Shown here piece after piece: positions 7,240 to 15,955 of a stretch of DNA of 15,955 nucleotides (position 1 is its first letter; every line of letters begins with the position of its first letter). The DNA is from Candidatus Micrarchaeota archaeon (GTDB taxonomy: Archaea > B1Sed10-29 > JAJSAI01). The translations under genes were made by a program, and so were the position numbers. The stretch covers positions 1-15,955 of the forward strand of contig CAZVAJ010000015.1 of NCBI GenBank assembly GCA_964625085.1, in the 5' to 3' direction. Under the pieces are notes generated by a model that searched no databases, was not told where the DNA came from, and saw nothing but the letters and a program-made list of their open reading frames with translations.

Positions 7240-7785
7240 ATGATGCCCAAGGTGAACTTGAAGGACCCGCTTGTTAAGGAATTCATCTCCACTCACGCAG
7301 GAGAAGATGGATACGCAGTTCTCACGTCTCTTGGAAAGGGCAAGACTGATGAACAAATTTCCAAGAAACTGAAAATGAGGGTTAATGACGTGAGGGCCTT
7401 GCTTAACACATTGCACTATCTTGGGGTCATAAAGTACACAAAAGTAAGGGACCGGCCCAACTGGTACACTTACACCTGGTTCTTGAGGGAAGAGAGGATA
7501 GTAGAGCTTCTTAAGGAACGGTACCAGGAAGAGTTAAAGGAGCTTGAAGACAAGCTTTCCTTTGAGAACACGTACACCTTTTTCAGGTGCGAGAACAAGT
7601 GTGAAAAGCTTCCGTTCGAGCTTGCGTTTGAGTATGATTTCAGGTGCCCAGAGTGCGGTTCTTCATTGAAAGAATATGATAATACTCCTGACAAGAGAAA
7701 AATAAAACGCAAGATAAACATGATAAGCAACCTTTTGTCAGACATTAAAGACAACGGCATCAGAGCTCGGAGAAAAAGATCATAG
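7240..7785 (+). CDS. tfe: Transcription factor E (TFE/TFIIE-alpha)
   Basis: wHTH TDEQISKKLKMRVNDVRALLNTL, WYTYTW, and Zn ribbon FRCENKC...FELAFEYDFRCPECG...YDN. Start at ATG 7240 or 7243. Confidence 0.93.
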   Translation: MMPKVNLKDPLVKEFISTHAGEDGYAVLTSLGKGKTDEQISKKLKMRVNDVRALLNTLHYLGVIKYTKVRDRPNWYTYTWFLREERIVELLKERYQEELKELEDKLSFENTYTFFRCENKCEKLPFELAFEYDFRCPECGSSLKEYDNTPDKRKIKRKINMISNLLSDIKDNGIRARRKRS

Positions 7786-8457
7786 TATTTCTTTTATTCG
7801 GTGCACTTTTATTCCTTTGTTCGTTATCTCGAAAGGATGAATGCTGGGATCGTGTTGAACTCCGTTCATTTTCCTGATGCTTATTCCCCTCAGCAGTGCC
7901 GAGTCTTTCTGCAAGAAGTGCAGTAGTATTATTCCGTCCAGAACAAACTCTTCCACGCCTGATGTTGACAAGTGCGTGCTTTTTTCAGGGATCTCGGTTA
8001 TCATCAAGGCTGTTGTGCCTGTTTGTCTTATCATATGCCGCAGTTCTGCCAGGCCTTTCCGGAACTTGTACTTTGATTCGAAGAATTCGCTTATAACGCT
8101 TAAAGAATCTATCACAACCCTCCCGGCCCCTATTTTTTCTATGTTCTCTTTCAGGTCTGATAAGAATGCTTCAAACCGGTATAACTCGCTTTTGACTATG
8201 TTAAACTGTCCGGATTGTATTCTGCTTTCCAGGTCAAACTTGAACACTGAGTTCATCCTGAGCAGGTCCTCTTTATCTGGTTCGAAGGAGTAGTATACTC
8301 CTGGAGTTCTTCCTCGATACAGGAATTCTGATGCCAGTATCCTTTTTCCTGCCCCACAAGGGCCTGAGAGAAGGATGCTCGCGCCTTTTGGCATGCCCTC
8401 GGGCAGTACTGCTTCTATTCCCTGTATTCCTGGTTTTATTGTTTCTAGACCCATCAT
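7780..8457 (-). CDS. Single-domain KaiC/RAD55-like (RecA superfamily) ATPase with degenerate catalytic motifs
   Basis: GIQGIEAVLPEGMPKGASILLSGPCGAGKR, RVVIDS, GVEEFVLDGIILL, IRKMNG and HPFEITNKGI. Confidence 0.9.
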   Translation of the reverse strand: MMGLETIKPGIQGIEAVLPEGMPKGASILLSGPCGAGKRILASEFLYRGRTPGVYYSFEPDKEDLLRMNSVFKFDLESRIQSGQFNIVKSELYRFEAFLSDLKENIEKIGAGRVVIDSLSVISEFFESKYKFRKGLAELRHMIRQTGTTALMITEIPEKSTHLSTSGVEEFVLDGIILLHFLQKDSALLRGISIRKMNGVQHDPSIHPFEITNKGIKVHRIKEIL

Positions 8458-8494
8458 TCAAAAGAGGAATTGAAGTATTATAATCTTTTGGTTA

Positions 8495-8542
8495 AAATAA
8501 GAAGAATAAGAGGAGAAGGGACGGATTCCTTCTCTTTATTTT
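8495..8542 (-). terminator. Hairpin plus pyrimidine tract downstream of the major pilin
   Basis: GAGAAGG/CCTTCTC inverted repeat (8513-8519 and 8528-8534), followed on the minus strand by CTCTTATTCTTCTTATTTT. Confidence 0.5.
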
Positions 8543-8549
8543 ACTGGTT

Positions 8550-8984
8550 TCATGCTCCGCAGATTCCGTTTATTGTACCTGTTTCTGTCTTGGTGAGCCC
8601 TGATGTTGTGGTCGTGTATGTTATTGTCAGGTCAACACTGTACCCGTCATTCTGTGCTCCGCAGATGTTGCTTGTACTGCAGTTCAGTGTTTTGGTGGTG
8701 GATTTTCCAGTGGCCAGTGTGAATGTTGATAGTGCTGCGCAGTCTGTGCTGGAGATATTAACGTTTTTGAGTGTTTCTCCTGCCACGTTCTGCAGGTACA
8801 CTGATAGCTGGTCGTCTGTTCCTACGCTGGCGTCAGTTACTGCTATACCTCCGTTGAATCCGCTTATTCCACTGCTTTGGGTTCCGAAAACTCCTGACTG
8901 CCACAGGACAATACCCACTATGATGACTATGAGTATCGCCCAACCGTATGTCATCAGGTACTCCATTGCTCCTTGTCCTTTCAT
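8550..8984 (-). CDS. Archaeal type IV pilin, likely the major pilin
   Basis: Class III signal peptide MKG|QGAMEYLMTYGWAILIVIIVGIVLW and a Ser/Thr/Gly-rich body. Strong SD AAGGTGAT, own TATA-like TTTAAAAA (9028-9035) and own terminator. Confidence 0.9.
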   Translation of the reverse strand: MKGQGAMEYLMTYGWAILIVIIVGIVLWQSGVFGTQSSGISGFNGGIAVTDASVGTDDQLSVYLQNVAGETLKNVNISSTDCAALSTFTLATGKSTTKTLNCSTSNICGAQNDGYSVDLTITYTTTTSGLTKTETGTINGICGA

Positions 8985-9044
8985 TTTTTCATCACCTTCT
9001 ATTTTGATTAGAAAAAGGTTTTGTTCTTTTTTAAATGTTTCTGT

Positions 9045-10070
9045 TCATGTGAGCAGAGCTTTTAATAAGGTGCTTATCACGATTTCTGATACCTGAAATA
9101 TTATTAGCGCGATGAAAACGAAGGCAGGAATGTCTTTGAGCCCTTCCTTTTCTTCTCCTTCTTTGAGCACGCCGAGCAGGATTGCTCCAAAGAATGCGGA
9201 GATGGAGAGGGACGCGATGGAGAATATTCTGAGGAAGCTTATGTCAATTACTGGTGCAGAAAGGATTCTTGGCTTGGCAGCTCCTGCACCAGGCAAAGGG
9301 GGAAGACTAACCTGTTCTCCTGCGCCTATTCCTACTCTTATCTGGTTTGTTATTCCTACAAAGTTTATGCTCACTGCATAGAGCAAAGGAGCAGCGATCA
9401 AGACAGCCATTAGGATAAAGACGGTGTACATTCCCACGTTAGACCGTATTTCTTCTTCGATTACTTCTCCCATGCGCATGTCGTCAGCGGTCTGGTTGAG
9501 CAGGCTGGAGAACGTTCCCCCGGATTTCACGCCTTCTATTAGTAGGCCTATGATCCTGTTAATCTTTTCTGACCTGATTCTGTGCCTGAAGCTGTCAAGC
9601 GCGTCTTCCAGGCTTTTTCCGGTTATCGCGTCTTCTCCCATTTTCTTTACTTCTTCGCTCAGGACCCCGAACTCTGGCCTGGCAGCCATAAAGAGAGCTT
9701 TGTCTGGAGTCATTCCTGCTGTCAGGTTTGCTGCAATCAGCTGCAGGGCATCAGGCAGGTATTCTTCCACTTGCTTTGTTCTCTGTTCTACTGCGAAGTC
9801 CAACAAGAAGTAGAACACGCCGTAGGACACGGACGAGAAGATAGCGAAAAACAGTATCGCGGCGATTAGGGGAAGACCAAGCAAGGAGCTTAATAATACG
9901 GACAGCACAAGACCTGTTCCCAAAGAGTAAGATAAAGAGAATCCTGCCCAAACTTCTGGCCTTGTTTTTATGTTAGAGTACCTTACTAGTGATCGTATTG
10001 CCTGCATATGGCTTTTGGGTATTATTCTTGATATGCTTATGTACACCCTTTCACTCTGTTTCATTTTCAC
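9045..10070 (-). CDS. Type II/IV secretion system F-family (TadB/TadC-like) membrane platform protein
   Basis: Multiple TM helices and the T2SSF-domain pattern VEEYLPDALQLIAANLTAGMTPDKAL..ARPEFGVLSEE. Confidence 0.92.
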   Translation of the reverse strand: MKMKQSERVYISISRIIPKSHMQAIRSLVRYSNIKTRPEVWAGFSLSYSLGTGLVLSVLLSSLLGLPLIAAILFFAIFSSVSYGVFYFLLDFAVEQRTKQVEEYLPDALQLIAANLTAGMTPDKALFMAARPEFGVLSEEVKKMGEDAITGKSLEDALDSFRHRIRSEKINRIIGLLIEGVKSGGTFSSLLNQTADDMRMGEVIEEEIRSNVGMYTVFILMAVLIAAPLLYAVSINFVGITNQIRVGIGAGEQVSLPPLPGAGAAKPRILSAPVIDISFLRIFSIASLSISAFFGAILLGVLKEGEEKEGLKDIPAFVFIALIIFQVSEIVISTLLKALLT

Positions 10071-10079
10071 GACCTCTTT

Positions 10080-10961
10080 TCAAAAGTTCACCACCGGCCT
10101 TTTGTTCTTTATGAACTTTATGAAGAATACTTGGAAGGTGATGAACATTCCTAAGGCGATCATTAACGTGAAGTTGCTTATTTGTATTGCTGCAAATGCT
10201 CCGATGATCAGGAACATTGCCACTCCCATTGTCGGGAAGACGACTGTGAGCATCAGGTACATCAGCGCCCAAGGGCTTAGTTCTCTCCCGAACCTTCTTA
10301 GCTTGGTCATTTCTTCTGCTGTGAACTCTTGGACCAGCATGCTTATTGTTTCTCCAATATCCGAGCCTGTTTTCAGCGCGTTTGTCAGCTGCCAGATGGC
10401 TCTACGCAGGTATGTTGAAGGGTTCCGCATTGCCATTCTTTCCAGGGCTACTGTCTGGCTTATTCCCGCGTTTATCTCGGCAGCGGTTATCTTGAACTCT
10501 TCAGAGATTACGCCGTAGTTTGCTTCGCTTATTGAGACAAAGCTCGTGTACAATGGAACCCCTGACCTGACTTGCACGAGCATGTGCCTTAGTGCGAAGA
10601 GCAGGTCCTTGTTTATTTGGTCTACTTTTTTTCTAAGCAGCAGGTTAGGGTACAAGAGAACCTGCCAGCCTACTATCCCTGAGAACAAGAAAGCCAGGCC
10701 AATGCTGGTCATGCCCATGCTTGCGTTGAAGGATACTGCAATCAAGTAAAGCAGGGCCAGTGCTGCTGTTAGAGAGTAAACTGTTGACAGCAGGAACACT
10801 CCCATGTACTCTTCTGGTTCCACTCCAGCGTCTACCTGCACCAGCTCTGAGCTTAGCGCGGGCCTGAGAAAAGTAAGCCTTCTTGAAACGCCCTGCAGTG
10901 GTGTTGTGAGCCTTACAGCTGTTTTCATGTTCAGCGGCAGGAAAGGAACTCTTTTTATCAT
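10080..10961 (-). CDS. Second T2SSF-family (TadB/TadC-like) membrane platform protein
   Basis: KDLLFALRHMLVQVRSGVPL..YGVISEEF..AL..RRAIWQLTNALKTG with flanking TM helices. ATGA overlap with the ATPase gene. Confidence 0.92.
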   Translation of the reverse strand: MIKRVPFLPLNMKTAVRLTTPLQGVSRRLTFLRPALSSELVQVDAGVEPEEYMGVFLLSTVYSLTAALALLYLIAVSFNASMGMTSIGLAFLFSGIVGWQVLLYPNLLLRKKVDQINKDLLFALRHMLVQVRSGVPLYTSFVSISEANYGVISEEFKITAAEINAGISQTVALERMAMRNPSTYLRRAIWQLTNALKTGSDIGETISMLVQEFTAEEMTKLRRFGRELSPWALMYLMLTVVFPTMGVAMFLIIGAFAAIQISNFTLMIALGMFITFQVFFIKFIKNKRPVVNF

Positions 10962-12475
10962 TTTAGACCACTTATCCCCTTGTTGCTGTTAACAAGTTCA
11001 AGCAGTTCGTTCTTATCTTTGTAGTACGTTGCCATGACAAGCCCAACATCTTTAAGATCATTTATTTTCTTGTCAACCATCCATCTTAGAATTTGCCTTT
11101 TTTCTGCAAGATCTTCATCAAGCTCTCTTTCAGTCATTCCAGTGAGCAATCCTATTTCTTCCCACAGTCTAATGCTTTCTTTTTCTTTTACGAAATCGTC
11201 TTGCCTGGGTCTCCACCTGTACAACTGTCTGAGCATGATTCCGGCCTTTTCTTCTGTTTCTCCGGTTGGTACTACTTCTGCCACTTCAAGGGTTCTCCTG
11301 ATTCCTATTTTCCTTTGCCTGTACTGTACGACAACAAGATGCAGTGCTTCAAGCAGGCTTTCAGGGATGTTTATAGGGGGGGTGATGAGCCTTCTTTTTA
11401 CCTGTTCTGCTCTGTCAGCGTGCAAGGTCGAGTACACGGAGTGCCCGGTGTGCATGGCTTCGAACAAAACTTCCGCTTCTCTTTGCCTTCTAATCTCTCC
11501 GACCAGCATCCTGTCCGGCCGCATTCTCAATGAGTTGACCATCAGGTCAAGCATACTCACTTCCCCCTTACCTTCTGGATTGGGTTCTCTTGTGGTTAAT
11601 GGAATCCAGTGCAAGTAGGGTGGAAGAGAAAGCTCTCTTGTATCTTCAATGCTTATTACCCTGTTATTGGGTTGTATGAAGGGGGTTATTGCGTTCAATG
11701 TACTTGTTTTCCCTGATCCTGTTCCTCCGGATATGAGGACATTGAGTTCGTACTGCACGCAAGTCCAGATCAGTGCTGCAATATCTTCGTTCATTGTGTT
11801 TATTGAAATAAAGTCTGTTATGGTCCATGGTTTTCTGGCAAACTTTCTGATGGTTATGGTATTGCCGTCTGTTGATATTGGGAATAGTGTGGCATTTACC
11901 CTGTCTCCTGTTATAAGGTGTGCGTCCATTAGCGGGTCAAGCACTGTGACCTGTCTTCCCACCCTTCTTCCAATAAAGTTCGCGTAGTCCACTATTTTGT
12001 CTTCTGAGGGCAAGTAGATATTCGTCTTGAGCCACCCGTACTTTTTGTGGTACACCCACACAGGGTCAACAGAGTTGTTTATCACGACTTCTTCTAGTGA
12101 GTTGTCGTTTAGGGGTATCTCTATGTTCCCAAGCCCGAACATCTCATTTACAAGAAGTCCTGCCAGCATTTTTTTCTCTGAATCGCTTACTCCGGGAAGT
12201 TCTTCATTGACTATCTTTAGCGCGTTCTCCTTGAACCTGGCCTCGAGTTTTAATGCGATTCTCGGGTCAAGGATCTCGTGCATTTCTATTTTCGTTTCTC
12301 TTATCAGCTTGAGTTTTATGCTGTCAAGGACTGCTTTGGTTGCTTCCCCTATGTCCGGCGTTTTGATCCTGTACTCTAACGTGAAGCCCGCGCCTTTGAC
12401 TATCTGTACCCTGGCAGGAAAATCCCGTGCAGTAACCTGGTACTCTTCGATTACAAGTTCCTGGTCTTTTTTCAT
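10958..12475 (-). CDS. Pilus assembly ATPase (TadA/CpaF/VirB11 family)
   Basis: Walker A SGGTGSGKTS, Asp box SIEDTREL, Walker B LRMRPDRMLVGEIR and His box MHTGHSVYSTLHA. Confidence 0.96.
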   Translation of the reverse strand: MKKDQELVIEEYQVTARDFPARVQIVKGAGFTLEYRIKTPDIGEATKAVLDSIKLKLIRETKIEMHEILDPRIALKLEARFKENALKIVNEELPGVSDSEKKMLAGLLVNEMFGLGNIEIPLNDNSLEEVVINNSVDPVWVYHKKYGWLKTNIYLPSEDKIVDYANFIGRRVGRQVTVLDPLMDAHLITGDRVNATLFPISTDGNTITIRKFARKPWTITDFISINTMNEDIAALIWTCVQYELNVLISGGTGSGKTSTLNAITPFIQPNNRVISIEDTRELSLPPYLHWIPLTTREPNPEGKGEVSMLDLMVNSLRMRPDRMLVGEIRRQREAEVLFEAMHTGHSVYSTLHADRAEQVKRRLITPPINIPESLLEALHLVVVQYRQRKIGIRRTLEVAEVVPTGETEEKAGIMLRQLYRWRPRQDDFVKEKESIRLWEEIGLLTGMTERELDEDLAEKRQILRWMVDKKINDLKDVGLVMATYYKDKNELLELVNSNKGISGLK

Positions 12476-13800
12476 GTGATCACCTTGAACAAAATGAATA
12501 ATGCGCCGAGAATGATTGCTACAATGTACCAGACCTTCATCTTGTGGAAGGATTTCCTTACAGGCAGTTCATTGCTTCTCTCGTATTCTTCTTTTGCTTC
12601 TTTAACTCTTTGCTCTATTTTCTTGATGAGTTCTTTAGTGTTGTTGTATTCTTTTACCATGCTCGCCAGTTCTGCTGAGACCTCAAGCTTGGCCTGCTTG
12701 AGCTTCTGGATGCGGTCTATTTTTTTAACTGCTTTTCTAGCCTGTTTCTCGCTCTCGTACCTTGCAAGGATTTTTGACAGTATCTCTGATTCTTTTTTCT
12801 GCAGGCTGGCAAGCCGAGTTTCATACTCTTTATACTCCTGAATTCTGTTTTCTCTTTCAAACTCTTCTATCTCTTTCTGTTTTTCCTTCTCTCTCTTGAT
12901 GAGATTGTTTAGGGTTTTTCTCATCTTGTCTGTGAACTTTCCAGCAGGAGTTTCTTCAGAATACTTTTTCAGCTTTTCCCTTACTCTTTGCAGTTCTTTT
13001 TTTACTCCTTCTTCTTTTTCCACCCAGAATTTCAGGCTTTTGCGTTTTTTGTTTAGTGCTCTTGCTTTGATTCCTTTCTTCTTGGCAAGCTCTTTTTTCA
13101 CGTTTTCAAGTTCTTGTTTTGATTTGCTTATGACTTCAAGAGCATTAGTAAAGAGTTCTTCCTCATCCTTCAGCTTTTCTATTTCTTGTCGTCTTTTTTC
13201 AGCTTCTTCAAGTTTCTTCAGTTGTTCTATTCTTTTTTCAATTTCCTCTTTTTCTTTCAGCAGTTTGTGGTACTTTTCAAGCACCTTCCCAGCATTCTCT
13301 TTTATCAGCCTATTTTTCTCTGCTCTTACTTTATCAAGCTCCTTGAGAAGAGTTTCTACTTCTCTGTTTGGTTCAGGCCCTGTTATCTCCAAGCCTCTTA
13401 GAATCTTTTCAAGTTTTTTGTTGAGCTTGATTATCTTTTTTCTGAGCTTTTTCTTCACCTTTATCAGACGCTTCTTTTCCTTCAGCATTCTCTTGTAATC
13501 TGCCTTCTTTTTCTTTATCCTTTTTTCGTTCCTTTCAAGCTCGCTTATTCTCGCTTTCTTCATTTTTCTGCTTTCAGAAAGGGTAATGTCCTGTTCTGGC
13601 AGGGTGAGAATCGGACTCATTAGGGGGGTGGTAGGGTAGCGTATGCGTATAATCCCTTTGTCTTCTAACACTTCTGCCCATTCCTCTACTTGGTCAGGAT
13701 CTATGCCGAGAGAAATCGCTGCATTAGTCACTGTTATCCCTCTGCTGTTCTTTACAAGGGCATACAGTTTGTCCACGTTAGTGACTATTTTTTCTTTCAT
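12472..13800 (-). CDS. Hypothetical protein: N-terminal wHTH-like domain, long K/E coiled coil, C-terminal TM anchor
   Basis: TNVDKLYALVK..ITVTNAAISLGIDPDQVEEWAEVLEDKGIIRIRYP, then a long heptad-rich region, then WYIVAIILGALFILF. ATGA overlaps on both sides. Confidence 0.8.
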   Translation of the reverse strand: MKEKIVTNVDKLYALVKNSRGITVTNAAISLGIDPDQVEEWAEVLEDKGIIRIRYPTTPLMSPILTLPEQDITLSESRKMKKARISELERNEKRIKKKKADYKRMLKEKKRLIKVKKKLRKKIIKLNKKLEKILRGLEITGPEPNREVETLLKELDKVRAEKNRLIKENAGKVLEKYHKLLKEKEEIEKRIEQLKKLEEAEKRRQEIEKLKDEEELFTNALEVISKSKQELENVKKELAKKKGIKARALNKKRKSLKFWVEKEEGVKKELQRVREKLKKYSEETPAGKFTDKMRKTLNNLIKREKEKQKEIEEFERENRIQEYKEYETRLASLQKKESEILSKILARYESEKQARKAVKKIDRIQKLKQAKLEVSAELASMVKEYNNTKELIKKIEQRVKEAKEEYERSNELPVRKSFHKMKVWYIVAIILGALFILFKVIT

Positions 13801-14846
13801 AGGGGCCTCACGATTTTTTGGCTTCCTTTCTCAACGCGCATGCCCGGAGAGTCATGGGCTGTCACGCTGTTTCCAGTCATGTTTACTGTTATCACAAAAA
13901 CCTTGTTGTTTAAAAACATGGCTGACCCTGTTCTGTGCGGTTCTTTTCCTGAGAAGTCTGAGCTATCGCTGATGTAGTAGTAATCGTACGCGCTGTCATT
14001 CTGGTAGTCGCAGACTATGAGGTTGTAGTTCGTCCCGTTTATTGTGATGGACCCGTAGTGTTTTATGCTGCTGAACGTGTCAGGATAGTCTGGTTCTGTG
14101 TACCCGGGGTTGGTTGTGCTTGCTGTACTGCCTTGGGTTCTTGGCCCGCTCATCCAAAGCGTGTCATTAGTCCCTATTTTTGTTATCACGTGAATTTCTC
14201 CTGCGTACTGGGAGTAATCTAGTGCTGTTTGGTTTGGGGTGTAATCAAATGTTATGTTCGCTCCTGGAACACTTAGGATAATGCTGCAGGAAGAGGATGT
14301 GACTGTGTTGTTGTAACTGCATCCAGCGAGTTCTATTTGGATGTGTTTTCCCGCGCCTTCTACGCAGTTTTCTGTAAGCGTGCACGTGCTTGGGCCTGTT
14401 ATGGTGTGGGATATATTGTTGAATCCTGTTATTTTGATGTTTTTGCTGGTGTGGTTTGAGCAGTATGTTGTGTTGTCTGACCACAGGCAAAGAGTATCTG
14501 TAGTGTTTAAAGAATAAACGTCCATGCTTGCGTTTACTCCTATTAGTGCAAATCCTCTTTCAGCGTCCTTTATTATCAGCGGGACTGATTCGCTGTGGTT
14601 TTTTGGACTGTCTTCTATCACGCATTCTCCTTCCCCGCAACTGTAGTTCAGGCCGATAAGAGCATGTGCATCGTTCACGATAGAACTTGCCATTCCATCC
14701 AGAGAGTGTGCAGATATGTACTTCCAGCTAGTGTTTTCCCGAAGGCTTATAGAGAATGCCAGCAAGATGAGTAGGATTAACAGTACTGTGCTGACCATTA
14801 TGCTGTACACGAATCCTTTACCATGTTCTGAGTGTGATAGTCCCAT
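13797..14846 (-). CDS. Large pilin-like/adhesin protein with class III-like signal peptide
   Basis: KG|FVYSIMVSTVLLILLILLAF, then a Cys-containing Asn/Thr/Ser-rich domain with about 15 N-x-S/T sequons. SD AAGGAG lies 6 nt before ATG 14846. Confidence 0.78.
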   Translation of the reverse strand: MGLSHSEHGKGFVYSIMVSTVLLILLILLAFSISLRENTSWKYISAHSLDGMASSIVNDAHALIGLNYSCGEGECVIEDSPKNHSESVPLIIKDAERGFALIGVNASMDVYSLNTTDTLCLWSDNTTYCSNHTSKNIKITGFNNISHTITGPSTCTLTENCVEGAGKHIQIELAGCSYNNTVTSSSCSIILSVPGANITFDYTPNQTALDYSQYAGEIHVITKIGTNDTLWMSGPRTQGSTASTTNPGYTEPDYPDTFSSIKHYGSITINGTNYNLIVCDYQNDSAYDYYYISDSSDFSGKEPHRTGSAMFLNNKVFVITVNMTGNSVTAHDSPGMRVEKGSQKIVRPL

Positions 14847-15264
14847 AATATTCTCCTTCGTAAACGAATGTTTTGGAAACAGCGGAAACAGAATCGCTTG
14901 TTGAGGGCTGTTTGTTCGCAGGATAGCTTGCTTTGACTACTGCGACTTCTGCAGTAGAATTGTACACTTTCAATTCTACTCCTGTTCTTTTCTTTTTTCC
15001 TGAAGCTTCTTTTACAAGGTTCCTGAGTAAACGAGTGGCCTGGTTGCTGTTCCCTGCGATTGCATTGTCCAGCACTTGACCGAACCTCGGGTCGTTTTTC
15101 ACCACGTTTAACACGCTTGAAGACCGCATGAACTCGTCATACTTAGGAAGACGGGAGTAAGGAGTGCTTTCAAGGATCATGTATATTCCTGAAAGTGCTG
15201 TGAGGAGCAGGAGCAGAGAGATGACCGCGTCAACAGAGAACACAAACCCTTTTTTTAGTACCAT
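14818..15264 (-). CDS. Minor pilin-like protein
   Basis: MVLKKG|FVFSVDAVISLLLLL class III-type signal and a C-terminal beta strand ending in W (TITLRTW). Confidence 0.82.
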   Translation of the reverse strand: MVLKKGFVFSVDAVISLLLLLTALSGIYMILESTPYSRLPKYDEFMRSSSVLNVVKNDPRFGQVLDNAIAGNSNQATRLLRNLVKEASGKKKRTGVELKVYNSTAEVAVVKASYPANKQPSTSDSVSAVSKTFVYEGEYYGTITLRTW

Positions 15265-15689
15265 GTTTTCAGCCTCATTGAAACGATTTCCCCATTGAGT
15301 AGAGCTTTTCTCTCGCTTTGTATTATGGGCTTGTTTTCTGTTTTGTTTCCTTCCGTACTGTAGTACAGTTCTTGTCCGTTTATTTCAAGGACCCTTCCTT
15401 GGCTGTCAAGCACTTGGAGCTCGTATTCTGACCAAAGGTTGTACTTTTCAGTAATGTTCGTGCTGTTGAACAGCCTAAATACCTTGTTTTCAGCAAGCAT
15501 TCCTTCATTCCCAAGGTCAGTGTATATCGCTTGTAGAGCTTGGTATGTTTCTCTTTCCAGGAGGGAGTATGCTGCAGCGTTCTTGCTTTCACGGTCTACT
15601 GAATCAAACGCGAAGAACACGAGCCCAAAGACTACTAAAAAGAGAGCGAGGGAAGCAATCATGTCTGCAGAGAACATCTGCCCCTTCAT
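15255..15689 (-). CDS. Minor pilin-like protein
   Basis: MKG|QMFSADMIASLALFLVVF signal, ending MRLKTWY. Start at ATG 15689 overlaps the upstream stop (ATGA). Confidence 0.85.
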   Translation of the reverse strand: MKGQMFSADMIASLALFLVVFGLVFFAFDSVDRESKNAAAYSLLERETYQALQAIYTDLGNEGMLAENKVFRLFNSTNITEKYNLWSEYELQVLDSQGRVLEINGQELYYSTEGNKTENKPIIQSERKALLNGEIVSMRLKTWY

Positions 15690-15955
15690 TTTACTACCAC
15701 CGTCTCTCCTACTTTTTCTATTATCTGCACGCCCCCGTAGTTCCATCTTACTATCTCAATCCTTCTTCTGGGCTGGCCTGTTTCTAGGGAAGCAGAAGCG
15801 GTGTACTCTCCGGTGTCTAATGATATCATATTCTGGTCTGATGAAATGTACAGCGTGTAGTTGAACCCTTCTGTTCTTTCAGGGAGCGTGATGTTTGAGG
15901 AATACCCGCTTGAGGATAATGCGGCTTGGTTTATTTCCATCGCGATTAACTCAAC
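15686..15955 (-). CDS. C-terminal part of a probable minor pilin (5' truncated by the window edge)
   Basis: The frame stays open to the window end. ELIAMEINQAALSSSGYSSNITLPE..GFNYTLYI resembles archaeal minor-pilin bodies, and it is coupled to the next pilin gene. Confidence 0.7.
   Translation of the reverse strand, partial: VELIAMEINQAALSSSGYSSNITLPERTEGFNYTLYISSDQNMISLDTGEYTASASLETGQPRRRIEIVRWNYGGVQIIEKVGETVVVK

Noticed and set aside
7780..7785. Tail-to-tail 6-bp overlap of tfe and the KaiC-like gene
   Set aside because: Such overlaps are common in compact genomes, and there is no further signal.
8470..9096. 208-aa plus-strand ORF and the other plus-strand ORFs across 2335-6207 and 7877-15864
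   Set aside because: They are antisense shadows of well-supported minus-strand genes.
12560..13570. Very T/C-rich low-complexity tract resembling a repeat array
   Set aside because: It is explained by Lys/Glu codons of the coiled-coil protein. There is no fixed-period DNA repeat or CRISPR structure.
14810..14846. Possible 1-nt frameshift: one extra A would give ATG GTA AAA GGA TTC (MVKGF), like the neighbouring pilin junction
   Set aside because: An in-frame ATG at 14846 with a good SD already yields an intact gene. Read mapping would settle it.

Overview
Archaeal genomic DNA, most consistent with a DPANN-type lineage. This rests on the class I LysRS, aTrm56, TFE, archaeal class III signal-peptide pilins and multi-intron tRNA; the lineage itself is an inference. 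From left to right: (1) an accessory-looking module with a TrmB-family regulator divergent from a leader (TATA, SD, 7-codon ORF MIPDFWP, GNRA hairpin) and a split rifampin-phosphotransferase/PEP-synthase-like pair (central domain plus a separate His-swivel domain, with no ATP-grasp partner); (2) two tandem trans-polyprenyl diphosphate synthases of different subtypes; (3) lysS, a hypothetical gene and a tRNA-Lys(CUU) interrupted by two non-canonical BHB introns (D-loop and T-loop), divergent from trm56-tfe; (4) a type IV pilus locus with a degenerate KaiC-like ATPase, major pilin, two TadB/C-like platform proteins, an assembly ATPase, a wHTH/coiled-coil/TM protein and several minor pilins, running off the right edge. 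No CRISPR array, rRNA or transposase was seen.
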